The position numbers were made by a program, and so were the translations under genes. A model generated the notes under the pieces. The model did no database searches and was not told the origin of the DNA. It saw only the letters and a program-made list of their open reading frames with translations. 64,000 nucleotides of DNA, from assembly GCF_030028105.1 (NCBI RefSeq), contig NC_092377.1:94246865-94310864 (forward strand), in the 5' to 3' direction. This document shows, one piece after another, positions 38,553 to 52,600 of this stretch. Origin of the DNA: Mobula birostris (Eukaryota). The first letter of the stretch is position 1. Every line of letters starts with the position of its first letter.

Positions 38553-39793
38553 CAGTAGTGCATTCCAATTAATTGGTCCATTAGTTAATCACGGCAACCA
38601 CTTACTTGGGACAACTCAAAGAACAAAACTAATTGAGAAAATAGCCAGAATTCCCTTTGTTTATTTGAGACACTGTCACTTAATTGGGACAGGAAACTGC
38701 TGCCGAACAGTTTCTAACTAGCGTCAGGTACATGAACTTCTGCGGCCATTAGATACTCTGCTTAGAGCAAACAGTTTTTAAATAGCATCAGTTGTGTGTG
38801 CTTATGTTCAAAAAGCAATGATTTTTGTCACCGATAATTGGTGAGAAATAAGCAGTAAGATAATTTAGAATTGCTTTGCTCACAGCAGTTTTGAGCATTC
38901 AGGCTTGGAGAGGTAAGAGAAATGGCTGGAAGTGAAAATGAAACTATTTCACTACTTCAACATGTTAGGAACTACAAAAAATTTGAAGGTATTGACAATC
39001 ATCTTGAATGTAGATTTGGAGGATGCAATTGTCAAAAGCATTGATTGAAGGCAGTCCATTATCTGCACTAGGTACCTGTGCTAACTTTGTTCATTTACTG
39101 TCACTCAAAAGAACACAGCAGCGGTTTATTTATCCGTCGTGTCCCATGATGACAGTGAAACCTGTGTGGAGAGTTTTTAAAGTGGAAAAACTATTGTATT
39201 AGGCCAGTTCCACTCTCTCAACCTTGGAAGTCCAAGTCCGGTGGTACAAATAGTCGTCACCAACTGCAGTCTTCCATAGTTGCAATAGATAACCGCGACT
39301 TTTTCTGTGTCTTATCATGCCCTTTGCTCTCCATGAAGCACTGTAGTACTATCTTCTTAGCCATTGGATCTCACTGTGATCTCACCTGCCTGGTCCGCCA
39401 GAGCTGACTTCACATGCTCGGATAGGTATGAGGCCCGCCAGCTCCTCGCACCTAGTTTAACATGTCTGTTGAAACAATGCACCAAGTAAGGCCACTGTCG
39501 CATGCAAACAGCTACTTGGAGCCACAGGTGAGAGCTGATTGCCAGTGGGAACCAAAGGTGAGAGAGCTGCCCATCAAAGGCGCTACCCCTCATTGGACAC
39601 CCCATACATGGCAGCATAAGCTCGATGAATTCCTCATTAATAACTATTAGTTCCGATTTATTCTGTATTTCATTTTAAAATATAATTTGTTACTCAGTTA
39701 AACAGCAGTTTGTCTTTTTTATACTTCTTAACTATTGGAGCAGACACTTAATTGGGCCAAAATGTACTGGTCCCAATAAACCAGAAACCACTG
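38553..39793. mobile_element. TcMar/Tigger-like MITE interrupted by a retroposon fragment (~39125-39610)
   Basis: The ends cagtagtgcattccaattaattgg and cccaataaaccagaaaccactgTA are imperfectly complementary, with repeated internal aattggg motifs. The insert is flanked by the imperfect repeat aca(c/t)(a/g)gcagc. Confidence 0.55.
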
Positions 39794-40649
39794 TACACGG
39801 ATAACTAACAGTCACGCAATAAAAATTAAAGCGTACATATCAAAAACACCGCAGATGCTGGAAATCGGAAATAAAATCAGAACATGCTAGAAATGCTTAG
39901 CAAGTTGGGCAACATATGTGCACATAGAAGCAGAAACAGTTACAAACACTCTGCTGGAGGTACTCAGAAACCTTGACAGTTTCTTTCCTCCCACAAATGC
40001 TGCTCAGCCTGCTGAGTTCCTGCAACAGACTATTTATTGCTCCAGATTCTGGCATCGACAGTCTCTTATGCCTCCAAAAAGAGTTAACTCTTCAGGTCAA
40101 GGACCCTTTATCAGAATAAAGGGTCTTCAATTTTGTGTATTAATTCTGCTCTTCCTTCCGTAAATGTTGTCTGACCTGTTGTGCATTTACAACAATGTGT
40201 TTTTGTTTTTTTAAACAAGTGCCTATCAACTAAAAAAAATTAAGTCCTAGGATTGCTGATTACTCACACCCTAATGACCATAAAATCTCTTCAGTATAAA
40301 TACATTCCTAAACAAAGAAAATGTACATGATTTAAATTTTTTCCAGTATATTTCTATAACCTCTTACATTACAAAGCTGAATGTTTTAATTTCCTTCAAT
40401 AACAGAAAATCAGGTGAACACCCAGTGCTCAAATACATATATCCTTTAACTTTCAGTTTACTAGCATTAAAGACAACAGTCTGAGAAATTGTAATTACTG
40501 TGTTTGCCAAATAACCACCATTTAAATTATTCATAGTGGCACAATCAAACACAAAAATGACTGGCTAAATAGAAAATGAACAGAAATACTGACAGGCATG
40601 CAAAGTCAAATTAAATCTATAAATTAACTCATTGATACATCTTCAAGTT

Positions 40650-41095
40650 ACATAGAACATAGAAATCTACAGCACATTACAGGCCCTTCAGCCCACAACA
40701 TTATGCTGACCATGTAACCTACTCTAGAAGCTGCCTAGGATTTCCCTACCGCATAGTCCTATGTTTTTCTAAAGTCCACGTACCTATCTAAGAGTCTCTT
40801 AAAAGACCCTAATGTATCTGCTTCCACTGCTATTGCCGGCAGTGCATTCCACGCACCCACCACTGTGCGAAAGAACATCCCCTCAGTAGCTATTTCCAAG
40901 CACCTTAAAACTATGCCCCTCGTGTTAGCCATTTCAGCCCTGGGAAAAAGCCTCCGGCTATCCACATGATCAATGCCCCTCATCATCTTATACACCTCTA
41001 TCAGGTCACCTCTCATCCTCCGTCACTCCAAGGAGAAAAGGCCAAGTTCACTCAACCTATTCTCATAAGGTACGCCCTCCAATCCAGGCAACATC
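40650..41095 (-). mobile_element. CR1 LINE 3' end
   Basis: MRGDLIEVYKMMRGID.VDS..LFP; VVGAWNALP..VEADTLG.FKRLLDRY; tail catagaacatagaa. Confidence 0.88.
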
Positions 41096-41370
41096 ATCAT
41101 TCAATCACAAGCAATCCTAACCTCAATCTGTAATTTAATTTAATATGCTAGTCTGATACTTTGATTATTAATTAAATGTCACAATCTCAAACTGCAACCA
41201 TCCTCCTATCTCAGCTTTCAACAAACTGAAAAAGTGGCTGTGTTCCTGTTGTGCAAAGTTAAATATTGGAGAGGTGCAAGGTGTCTTAAAGGTGTTTCTG
41301 GTAGTATAATATGGAACTGGTACACTGCATTCCCTTCCTCATTGCAGGATAAAGAACCAACTAAATAGCT

Positions 41371-42043
41371 ACCGGCCAACCCCGCCCCATCATCCCAGCA
41401 GCCTGGCAGCGGCGAGTTTTCAAATCCATTCACAACTTAGCGCACCCCTCCATCAGGACAACCGTCTGGCTGGTCTCCAACAGGTTCCTGTGGCATGGAC
41501 TTTGTAAACAGGTCAGTGAATGGGCCAAAACGTGCATGCAGTGCCAAACGGCCAAGGTGCAGCAGCATACCAAGGCTCCGCCACAGCAGTTCGAACCCAC
41601 CCACTGGAGGTTCGACCACATTCATGTGGATATCGTGGGGCCCCTACCAGTGTCGCGAGGAGCGTGGTACCTCCTAACTATGACAGACCGGTTCACCAAA
41701 TGGCCAGAGGCAGTCCCGCTCACCGACACCACCTCCAAATCCTGCGCCCGAGCACTGATCGCAACCTGGGTAGCACGCTTCGGGGTACCAGCCCACATTA
41801 CCTCCGACAGGGGCGCCCAGTTCACCTCCAGCCTATGGTCTGCTATGGCCAACCTTTTAGGATCACAGCTACACCACACAACTGCCTACTACCCACAGTC
41901 TAACGGACTAGTGGAGCGTTTCCACCATCACCTGAAGTCGGCTTTCATGGCCCGCCTGGAAGGGCCTAACTGGGTGGATGAACTTTCCTGGGTCCTGCTT
42001 GGAATCTACTTGGCACCCAAGGAGGATCTGCACACCTTGTCAT
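41371..42043 (+). mobile_element. Ty3/Gypsy integrase fragment, no LTRs
   Basis: HHCC remnant (IHNLAHP..C.QCQ) and core RFDHIHVDIVGPLP...TDRFTKWPEAVP...HITSDRGAQFTS...TTAYYPQSNGLVERFH, with D-35-E spacing intact. Confidence 0.92.
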
Positions 42044-42564
42044 AGATCATTTTTCAGAGTACCAGGGAATATCTAAAATATTGGAATGTTGTTTTTACAG
42101 AACACCATACTTAAGACAGACTCAAAACTCTATGGCAAAGCAGGATTGGAAATTAACTTAATACATTTGAACAGACTCCTGCAATTGCTGGCCAATAACT
42201 ATCCTGTAGGTGACAACCAAAATTCCTGTCCTAGACCAAGGTTCATGCAATCTTCCAGAAGTACATTCTTTAGTTCTGGTCTAGGTTGGAATGAAAGATG
42301 GAAGTCAGAAATATGTTGAACATCAGAGTCACAGAATCACAGGAAATAGCGTGCAAAGGCATTCTTTTAGTTCCATTGCTGTGGCTTCCACCTCACACCC
42401 TTGTAAATTATTTCCACTGAGATATTTATTCAAGCCTGTTTTTGATGCCATAATTTTCAGTATCTATTCATTACTTTCTATCTTCTAGTTCTTGATCTTT
42501 CTGCCATGGGAAAAATTACTCTTCATCTTTATCATTCTAAATACCTATGATTGTGCCTTTTAGT

Positions 42565-43085
42565 TTTAAAAGTTCAAAATAAATGTATTATCAAAGTACA
42601 TGTATGTCAACATATAATACACTGAGATTCATCTTCTTGCAGGCAATCACAGTAAATACAGGAAACACAATAGAATCAATGAAAGACCACATCCAACAGG
42701 ACGGACAATAACCAATGTGCAAAAAAAAAACAACCTCAAACGCAAAAAGAAAAATAAAATAAAAATCAAGAACACAGAGTAAGTGAGAGCAAGTCCATAG
42801 CTTATGGGAATTGTTCTGCTATGGGGCAACTGAAGTTATCCCCTCTGGTTTAAGACCATGATGATTGAGGGGTAATAACTGTTCTTGAACTTGGTGGTGC
42901 AGGTCTTGAGGTTCCTGGACCTTCTTCCTGATAGAAGCAGTGGGAAGAGAGCATGGCCTGGATGGTGGGGTGACCTTGATGATGGCTACTACATTCCTGT
43001 CACAGCACTCTGCAGATGTGCTCAATGGCGCAGAGGGCTTTACCCATGATGGATTGGGCCAACTTTTCTACAACTTTTTGTGGTC
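42565..43085 (-). mobile_element. Rex/L2-like LINE 3' fragment
   Basis: Minus-strand remnants of IIK..PHP..ALFPLL.SGR..RNLK.CTTKFKNSYYPS, plus the tail aagttcaaaataaatgtattatcaaag. Confidence 0.7.
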
Positions 43086-44829
43086 TTTTCCATACCTCCT
43101 CCTTTCCAAGGAGAAAAATCCCAGCAGTTCAATTGAACCACATAATCTCTGAAATAATTGTAGTATTTCTCTCTGCACCCTAAGATCTTAATATTGTTTG
43201 AAAATATGATGCCTAAAACTGCTTACAATACTACAGATGTAGCAAAGCCAATATTTTGCAAAAGGTTTATCATGAAGTTCTTACTTTTCTTCTCCATGTC
43301 CTGGGGCTCAATTTTTTTTCCAAATATTTCAATACACTTTATTTGCCAACAAAGTAATCTGCATGTTAAATATAAATTTTGGGTAAATATGGTACATGTG
43401 GGGCATTATGGCTATTTACCAACAGTACCAACTTAAAGAAAGCATTACTCAAAAAAGTTTTAGCCACACTCTATGTCATAGGCTACTTTAAATTTGTATA
43501 CCAGGTGGGTTTTATATCCCTAAGCTGCAATTTTGTGCTCTTGCAGATTGTACACACATATTAGTTTCCAATTTTAATTAATAAAAATTGACAAATTAAT
43601 TAAATCTATAAAACTATTCAAAAGTGAGAATTACTTTATAATGCAGATATCTTTACAATTAGTGAATGCATCAAAAAATTAAATTGCTAAAATATTTGCT
43701 TTGCAAACATTACACTCTGAATTTGAGATAGATTGCCAAATTTGATACTGATGTTCAGCATCACTCTTGAAGATTTATATTTTAATAAAGTTATGAGACA
43801 GATGCAGTTCAGTACAGCACGGCAGAAAAACACGATTATAAATTATCAAAAGAAAATGAGACAATGGATTATATTGGGAAAGAAGTACACTAAAAAGCAG
43901 TCACTATATATGATATTACTCATATTGTGAAAAGTTGTGTGGTTTTGAAAACCATTCCTGGTATAGATGTCATTAGCCTACATGGAATTCAAAAGTTAGT
44001 AATTGACATCAAACTTGCTGGAAAGGGGTTTTAGAAATAGTACTTCTTTTGAATTAGAACAAGCCTATGGTGCAACCAACCTGAAAATTCTGAACATTAT
44101 CCAATTCTGAAAGTCAATAAACAAGCTGTACTGCTTATGAAAAAATGATCAATGTAACACATTAAGACTTTTTCTCACTTAATAGCTGTAGCCCAACTTG
44201 AATATTTCGAGCAGTTTTAATTTTCCATTACATTCAAAAGAGTGCTTAGAGGTTTACTTACAGTACCAGTGATTAACTGCCCTTGACTGTATTACCATGA
44301 ATGACTACCCTACCTTCAATGTTCTGAGGTTGACTATTACTTAGCGGTGGTCATGCTCCAGAAGTTAGGTTTTGAGAATGTAGATCTTCTTCCCTGGTAA
44401 TTTAGTTCTTAAAACTGAGATTAAGGGTTGCATTCAAACCAACAGTCTCAACCAAAGTAAAAGTGGAGAAATTCCAACTGATTTTCTTTCCCCTCTATAT
44501 AGCATTACCTGACTTTTGTATTCAATTCATCATAAGCTAATCACTAGAATATATTCAAGTGGGGAAATCCTGTCCAAGTGTATTTTCTGATATAAAAGTG
44601 TCAACAATATTGAAGGAAAGCCTGCACTGATAATTCATTCACCCAAATTTCCCTAAAACTCCCTTCTTTAAGCAATTTTTCAGTCACACCTTTGGCTCAG
44701 CACCAAGCTTTGTAAGATTGTGCTTTTTTTCTGCGTCTAATTTCAAAAACTAGGTCCCATGTGGAGCTGTGTTAGATTACTTAATTTCTATATTCAAAGA
44801 ATCTAGATTTGAGTATTTTTTTTAAATGA

Positions 44830-45960
44830 TGAGATTTTTGACTTCTCCAGTGTGTTCAACACCATCCACCCTGCTCTGCTGGGGGAGAAGCTGAGAGCAA
44901 TGCAGGTGGATGCTTCCCTGGTGTCATGGATTCTTGATCACCTGACTGGCAGACCACAGTATGTGTGCCTGCAACACTATGTGTCCGACAGAGTAATCAG
45001 CAGCACTGGGGCTCCACAGGGGACTGTCTTGTCTCCCTTTCTCTTCACCATTTACACATCGGACTTCAACTACTGCACAGAGTATTGTCATCTTCAGAAG
45101 TTTTCGGATGACTCTGCCATAGTTGGATGCATCAGCAAGGGAGATGAGGTTGAGTACAGGTCTACGGCAGGAAACTTTGTCACATGGTGTGAGCAGAATT
45201 ATCTGCAGCTTAATGTGAAAAAGACTAAGGAGTTGGTGGTAGACCTGAGGAGAGCTAAGGTACCAGTGACCCCTATTTCCATCCAGGGGGTCAGTGTGGA
45301 CATGGTGGAGGATTACAAATACCTGGGGATACGAATTGACAATAAACTGGACTGGTCTAAACACTGAGACTGTCTACAAGAAGGGTCAGAGCCGTCTCTA
45401 TTTCCTGAGGAGACTGAGGTCCTTTAACATCTGCCGGACGATGCTGAAGATGTTCTACGAGTCTGTGGTGGCCAGTGCGATCATGTTTGCTGTTGTGTGC
45501 TGGGGCAGCAGGCTGAGGGTAGCAGATACCAACAGGATCAACAAACTCATTTGTAAGGCCAGTGATGTTGTGGGGATGGAACTGAAATCTCTGACGGTGG
45601 TGTCTGAAAAGAGGATGCTGTCCAAGTTGCATGCCATCTTGGATAATGTCTCCCATCCACTACATAATGTACTGGGTGGGCACAGGAGTACATTCAGCCA
45701 GAGACTCATTCCTCCGAGATGCAACACAGTGTGTCATAGGAAGTCATTCCTGCCTGTGGCCATCAAATTTTACAACTCCTCCCTTGGAGGGTCAGACACC
45801 CTGAGCCAATAGGCTGGTCCTGGACTTATTTCCTGGCATAATTTACATATTACTATTTAACTATTTATGGTTTTTATTAATATTTAATTATTTATGGTGC
45901 AACTGTAACAAAAACCAATTTCCCCCTGGATCAATAAAGTATGACTGTGACTATGACTAT
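44830..45960 (+). mobile_element. Young 5'-truncated Rex1-like LINE
   Basis: DFSS.FNTI.P; SSTGAPQGTVLSPFLFTIYTSD; LQKFSDDSAIVG; KKGQSRLYFLRRLRSF. One frameshift near 45360; tail aataaagt(atgact)n. Confidence 0.93.
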
Positions 45961-46918
45961 CAAGGTTCTATTGAAAAATGTACCATTTAGGTTCATTTCA
46001 GTATTATGTTGAACTTTACTTTCCTTTTGGTTGTCAATTTGTGTACAATCTACTCAAACTATCTCTATTAGCCTAAATTTACTATCCTCGCCATTTATTT
46101 ATTTTTTTATTTAATATCATTTGCAGAATATGTACCCCAGCCTGGATCATCTATGGGCAAAACATCAACATTCATGAATGCTACCCGGTCAGCTAAAAAC
46201 AACTACAGGTACCTACCACTGGTCGCAACTTTCTGTCCCTTGGCCAAATATCTATCTATGTTTCCACTTCCCCTTTATTCTGAATGTCTTCAAACCGATT
46301 ACGTAGTGATTTAATTAATTGCTTTTGTTAGTTCATAATGCAATATAAATCTTTTCCACTGTTTCAAAAACAACCCAGCTAGCCAATACACAATTTACCT
46401 TAAACAAATCTATGTGGTTTCACATGGCAATTAATATTAGACTGATTTTCAGTATGAGAAAATAGGAATAGCAGGCCACTCATCACCTCAAGCCTGCCTC
46501 ACCATTCAAAATGACAGTAACTGATCTGTCCTAGTCCTCACATCTCCCTCTACAGCAGTTTCCCAAAGCCTTCAATTGCATGAGCTTTCAAAAATACTAT
46601 CTGCTTGCTGTTTAAAACATCCAGCGACCTAACCTTCACAACCATTTGGGATAGGGAATTCTAAAGATTCTCCAACCTTAAGTTGCTCCTATACAATTTT
46701 AAATGATCACCTCCCCCAACATGTTACAAATATGTCCTCTCATTCAAGAGTCTCCCACTAGCAGAAATAATGACGTCAATCATGCCATGCTCGCTCTGAA
46801 TCTTATGTCTCAATCTGATAACCTTTTACTCTTCCCGTTTCCAAAGCATATTAATCCACTCCATTGAAACAGATCTGTCAAATGCTTTCACCACCAAAGC
46901 TACAATAATTGGCTTTCA

Positions 46919-47115
46919 TGCAACGCACACAAACTGTGGAGGCAATAACTGGTTTTCAAGCAACACACAGTTGACATTTCGGGCTAAGACCCTTCAGCAG
47001 GACCTCCTCTAGAGGACTATACTCTTTTCCATAGATGCTACCTTGCTTGCTGAGTTTCTCTCACATGTTGTGTGTGGTACCCGAATTTCCAGCAACTACA
47101 GATTTTCTCTTGCTT
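46919..47115. mobile_element. Rearranged, inverted Penelope-3'/hammerhead mini-insertion with a 14-bp TSD
   Basis: TSD ATAATTGGCTTTCA at 46905-46918 and 47116-47129, with a third imperfect copy at 46945-46958. A decayed hammerhead lies on the minus strand (46969-47003), followed by the plus-strand 3' unit. Confidence 0.75.
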
Positions 47116-48339
47116 ATAATTGGCTTTCAAATTGTTAATTTATTCAAGTTTCCCTTTTGAACACAATGCTCAATTCTTCCAGTTCTTCGTCAATATTTCC
47201 AGTTAATGAAAACTCAAAAACCATGGACAGAATTTTAGCAAATTCCAACCTCCATTTCCCTCAGCAACCCAAGATGGATCTATTCAAGATGTACTGATTT
47301 CTACTGTGGGTACTGCTGAATTTCTTAGATCTCCTATTCAATGCAAATTCTCAACTAGCTAATTTGTTATATTAGTTTTATTCTCGTTAGATAAAGCAAA
47401 TGAAAAGTATTCATATAATACATTGTCTATCCTGTCTATGAGAAGTCACTCCCCTTTTTATTTCAGTTTTTTCTATCTATTTACAGTTTGTGTTACATGC
47501 TGTTCCATTCTCATATTCTCTGTTCCTCTTAATTCCTTTTTCAGTTCTCCTCTTTATTATGCATTTTCTCCTTGGTTCTCTAATGAATTACAAAGCTGAA
47601 ATAAGATGTGGCAGATGCTTTATGTCTGAAAACTGAAATATACTTCAGTGCCTTGTGTTAATATTTTATGAGGAAGTAGCAATACCCGACAGAGTAATCT
47701 GTCAAAATACTGAGTAACAGCAATAGTCGTTAACCATGTTTTATTCAGGATTATTGCTTGAAGCTTAAACTTGTTTGGCTGGAGGGTGTAGCGTATATTA
47801 GATAAAGCCAAAGTTATGCTTGGAATTTGCTCTTTAATGAAATTTTGCCAGTGCAGACTTGTAACAGTGACATTCATGCACAATACAAAAAAAAAATTAA
47901 CCAGACACATCAATTTTTCCAAAGCAAACGACATGTACTAAATACAATACTTGTAAACAAAAATACTTATTTTTATCCCAAAATGAAATGATTTCAGTAA
48001 TGTTAATACATGATTGTGGAGTATATTTGCCACAAATAGAAATTTAACCATAAATGTGGAAAATTAGAAACATTAATGGGACTTTGTTGATTCAATCTGA
48101 ATATGATTACATAAGGAATACATAGCCAGCTAACTTACATCTCCTGTCTTACAAAAATAGGTAATATTTGGTCATTTTCACCTGATGAGCCTAAATACAG
48201 ATAATTGGTTTGAGGTGCCATGTTCATAGTTTTCATTAGTTTGCCTGCAATGTACAAAGGTTAAGGAGTTATACCCGGTGGCAAGACTGATAAATTGATT
48301 AATAGTGGCTACCTTCTATGCATACAACAAATAATGTAC

Positions 48340-48575
48340 TGATGACTTTAGCCAGAGAGTGGTGAATCCGTGGAATTCTTTACCACAAGCAGACGAGGAG
48401 ACCAATCTTTATGTATATTTAAGGCAGAGGTTGATCAATTTTTGATCGGTCAAGGCATGAAGGAAGAAGGCAGGAGATGGGGGCTGAGAGGAAAATTGGA
48501 TCAACCAGGATGAAATTGTGGAGCAGACAATGGGCCAAATGGCCTAATTCTGCTCCTATATTTTATGGTCTTATG
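48340..48575 (+). mobile_element. CR1 LINE 3' end fragment
   Basis: F.QRVVN.WN.LP...FKAEVD.FL, and the 3'UTR atgggccaaatggcctaattctgctcctat. Confidence 0.75.
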
Positions 48576-49639
48576 TGCCAACTGGTCTGGGATATGTTTC
48601 TAGATTGTAATAGTTGATAAAATTTCATTTTGTTTTTCTCTACAATAAAAAAGCAAATATCCATATGCACCTATCAAAATTTTTAAAAATTCACAAACCC
48701 TTTGGTAGACAAGAGACATCTTGTTACTTAACAAAAACAATCTGAAATTCCTTTATTTTCACCAGCCTCATCTTACAATGAAACAGCCAGGTTGCCTCAT
48801 GAAACTGACTGGCTTTCTTTATCACCTTTTAGCACCCACAGTTTTACTTTCAACACAGTAGTTTCAGTACAATAGCAATTCTTAAGTCTATTAAAATGTT
48901 TCAATCTAGCATCCATCTAAATAGACAAAATCTGTAATTGATTACAAATATTGCTACTACTTGATTTGTACGGAAGTCAGAAATACAAAACTTATTACAA
49001 CAATGTAAACTAAGCATGCAGTCTCAAAGAAATTCTTATATTCAATCCATAATATTTTGAGTAATAAACTGTTCATTCTATTGACTTAGCTGCTTAGTTC
49101 AAATTATCAAAACCTTATCAATTTAGAAATATTAAATAATAGATCACAGAAGCCAGATTAGCCAAATACCCTCTGGAAGAGTAGAATAACTATTTAATTA
49201 TAGTACCATACAAAATATTACATTGTAGCAAGATAAGAATTTGCTTTGAAAGCAAAAGGAAACCTGAACTAAAACAAAACACTCAGTTGCTCAGATAACA
49301 TTTGCATAAACGTTCTTTTATAAGGAATAAGAATTTTAAAGTGCATGAATTTATAAGTAATGCAAGGCTAGGTACTGGGAAGGGACTGGTGGTAGAAAGG
49401 AGGAATTAATATAAAACATCTGCTATAAGATAGAGAAAAAAAAGGCAGGATTAAAAGACAAAAGATGATGGAAGAACACACATAAAGGGAGGATGCTGGG
49501 ACGTATCTAGAAATTGTCTAGAGCAACTGGGAGAACTACAAAAATCTTTGTAAATGAAAAGGGCAATCTTGGCCTCAGAATGTACTAGAGTAGATGGACC
49601 GCAAATATGTAGATTTTGACCTCAAGTAGCACTTCATCT

Positions 49640-52600
49640 TACATACGAACATAAGAAATAGGAGGAGTAGGCCATCTGCCCCGTTGAGCCTGCTTCACCA
49701 TTCAACAAGACCATGGCTGACATGACCATGGACTCATCTCCACCTACCTGCCTTTTCCCCATAAACCTTAATTCCCTTGCTTTGCAAAAATCTATCCAAC
49801 CTTGTCTTAAATATTTATTGAGGTAGCCTCCACTGCTTCATTGGACAAAGAATTCCACAGATTCACCTCTCTTTGGAAAAAGCAGCTCCTCATTTCTGTC
49901 CTAAATCTACTCCCCCCAAATCTTGAGGCTATGCCCCCTACTTCTAATCTCATCTACCAGTGGAAACAACTTTACTGCCTCTATCTTATCTACCCCTTTC
50001 ATAATTTTATATGTTTCTATAAGATCTCCTCTCATCCTTCTGAATTCCAGGGAGTACAGTCCCAAGCGACTCAACCTGTCCTCATAATCTAATCTCCTCA
50101 TCTCTGGAATCAACCCAGTGAATCTCTCCTGTACTGCCTCCAAAGCCAGTATACCTTTCCTCAAGTAATGAGCCCAGAACTGCACGCAGTACTCCAGGTG
50201 TGGCCTCACCAGTACCCTGTGCAGTTGCAGCATAACCTCCCTGCTCTTAAATTCAATCCCTCTAGCAATGAAGACCAACATTCCATTTGCCTTGATAGCC
50301 TGCTGCATCTGCAAACCAACCTTCTGTGATTCATGCACAAGCACTCCCAAGACCTTCTGCACAGCAGCATGCTGTAATCTCTTACCATCTAAATAATAAT
50401 CTGATCTTCCATTTTCCCTTCTAAAGTGGATGACTTTGCATTTACCAACATTGTACTCCATCTATGTCTCTCTATAACCTATCTATATCTCTCTGTAGAC
50501 ACATTGTATCCTCCACACAATTTGCTTTTCCACTCAATTTAGCGTCATCAGCAAACTACACTACATTCGGTCCCCTCTTCCAGATCGTTTATACGTATCG
50601 TGAACAATTGTGGGCCCAGCACCGACCCCTGCGTCACACCATTCACCACTGATTGCCAACCAAGGGAACACCCATGTATCCCAACTCTCTGCTTTCTATT
50701 GGTTAACCAATTCTCTACCATGCTAATACATCACCTCCAACTCTATGCATCGTTATCTCATGGATAACTCTTATGTGGCACCTTATGGAATGCCTTCTGG
50801 AAATCCAAGTAAATAACGTCCATCTGTTCCCCTCTACCCACTGTGCTTGTTATATCCTCAAAGAACTCCAGTAAGTTTGTCAAACAGGGCCTGCGTTTGC
50901 TGAATCCATGCTGCAATTGCCTGATGGATCCATTTATTTCCAGATGTCTCGTTATTTCTCCCTTAATGAGAGTTTCAAGCATCTTCCCAACTACAGATGT
51001 TAAACTAATTGGCCAATAGTTACCTGCCTTTTGCCTACATCCTTTTTTTGAACAGTGGTGTGACATTTGCATTCTTCCAATCTGCTGGGACCTGCCCAGA
51101 GTACAGAGAATTTTGGTAAATTATCATCAAAGCCTCAACTATAATCTCTGTCATTTCTTTCAGTACCCTGGGATGCATTCCATCAGGACCAAGGGACTTG
51201 TCTAACTTTAGGCCCCTAAGTTTGTTCAGCACTACTTCTTCAGTGATAGCTACTGTAGAGGTCCTCACCTCCCAACGCATCCATATCATTTCTCTTCTGC
51301 ATTTTAAATGTGTCCTCCACTGTGGAATAGTCATTCAAAGCCTCAGCCATTTCCTCATTACCCAATTCCCCCTTCTCGTCCTCCAAGGGATCTACGTTCA
51401 CTTTGGCTACCCTTTTCTGCTTTATATAAATTATAAAAACTTTTACTATCCGTTTTTATATTTTGTACTAGTTTATTTGCATAATCTATCTTCCCTTTCT
51501 TTATTGCTTGCTTAGTGGTCTTATGTTGCTTTTGTCCGCTCTGTCCGCCAGAGAAAGTAGGATCTCCCAGTGGCCACACATTTTAATTCCACATCCCATT
51601 CCCATTCTGATATGTCTATCCACAGCCTCCTCTACTGTAAAGATGAAGCCACACTCAGGTTGGGGGAACAACACCTTATATTCCGTCTGGGTCGCCTCCA
51701 ACCTGATGGCATGAACATTGACTTCTCTAACTTCCGCTAGTGCCCCACCTCCCCTTGTACCCCATCCGTTATTTATTTATATACACACACATTCTTTCTC
51801 TCTCTCCTTTTTCTCCCTCTGTCCCTCTGACTATACCCCTTGCCCATCCTCTATTTCTTCTCCCCCCTCCCCCTTTTCCTTCTCCCTGGGCCTCCTGTCC
51901 CATGATCCTCTCATATCCCTTTTGCCAATCACCTGTCCAGCTCTTGGCTCCATCCCTCCCCCTCCTGTCTTATCCTATCATTTCAGATCTCCCCCCTCCC
52001 TCCCACTTTCAAATCTCTTACTAGCCCTTCCTTCAGTTAGTCCTGATGAAAGGTCTCGGCCCGAAACATCGACTGTACCTCTTCCTATAGATGCTGTCTG
52101 GCCTGCTGCGTTCACCAGCAACTTTGATGTGTGTTGCTTGAATTTCCAGCATCTGCAGAATTCCTCGTGTTTATGTTGCTTTTTAAAGTTTACCGCAACT
52201 TTCCAGTTGCCCAATATTCCTGGCAACTTTGTACACACAATCTTTTAGTTTGATGCTTCCCTTTATTTCCTTAGTTATCTCTGGCTGGCTCTCCCCACCC
52301 TTACTGTCCTTGCTTTTAACTGGAATATAGTTTTGTTGAGCACTGTGAAAAATCTCTCTGAAAGTCTTCCACTGTTCTTCAACCATCCCACCATATAGAC
52401 TGTGTTCCCAGTCTATCCAACTCCTCCCTCATCCTGTTGTAGTCTCCCTTGTTTAGGCATAATACACTCCATTTGTATGAGAAAATCAATCATTTAAAAA
52501 ATCATTTTTTAAAAATCATTAAAAATAAATAAATAAATGTTTTTTTTAAAGGGATCAATCTTTCCAAGAGGATCCCCAACTACAGATTGCTAATTTTATC

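Noticed and set aside
44250-44400. Possible extra minus-strand exon suggested by a donor-like acttac (also near 21785)
   Set aside because: No convincing acceptor or open frame, and no recognisable peptide.
51718-52248. 176-aa Pro/Ser-rich ORF (and the similar ORFs at 13200-13754)
   Set aside because: It is a translation of the pyrimidine-rich Penelope 3'UTR and ribozyme, with no protein features.
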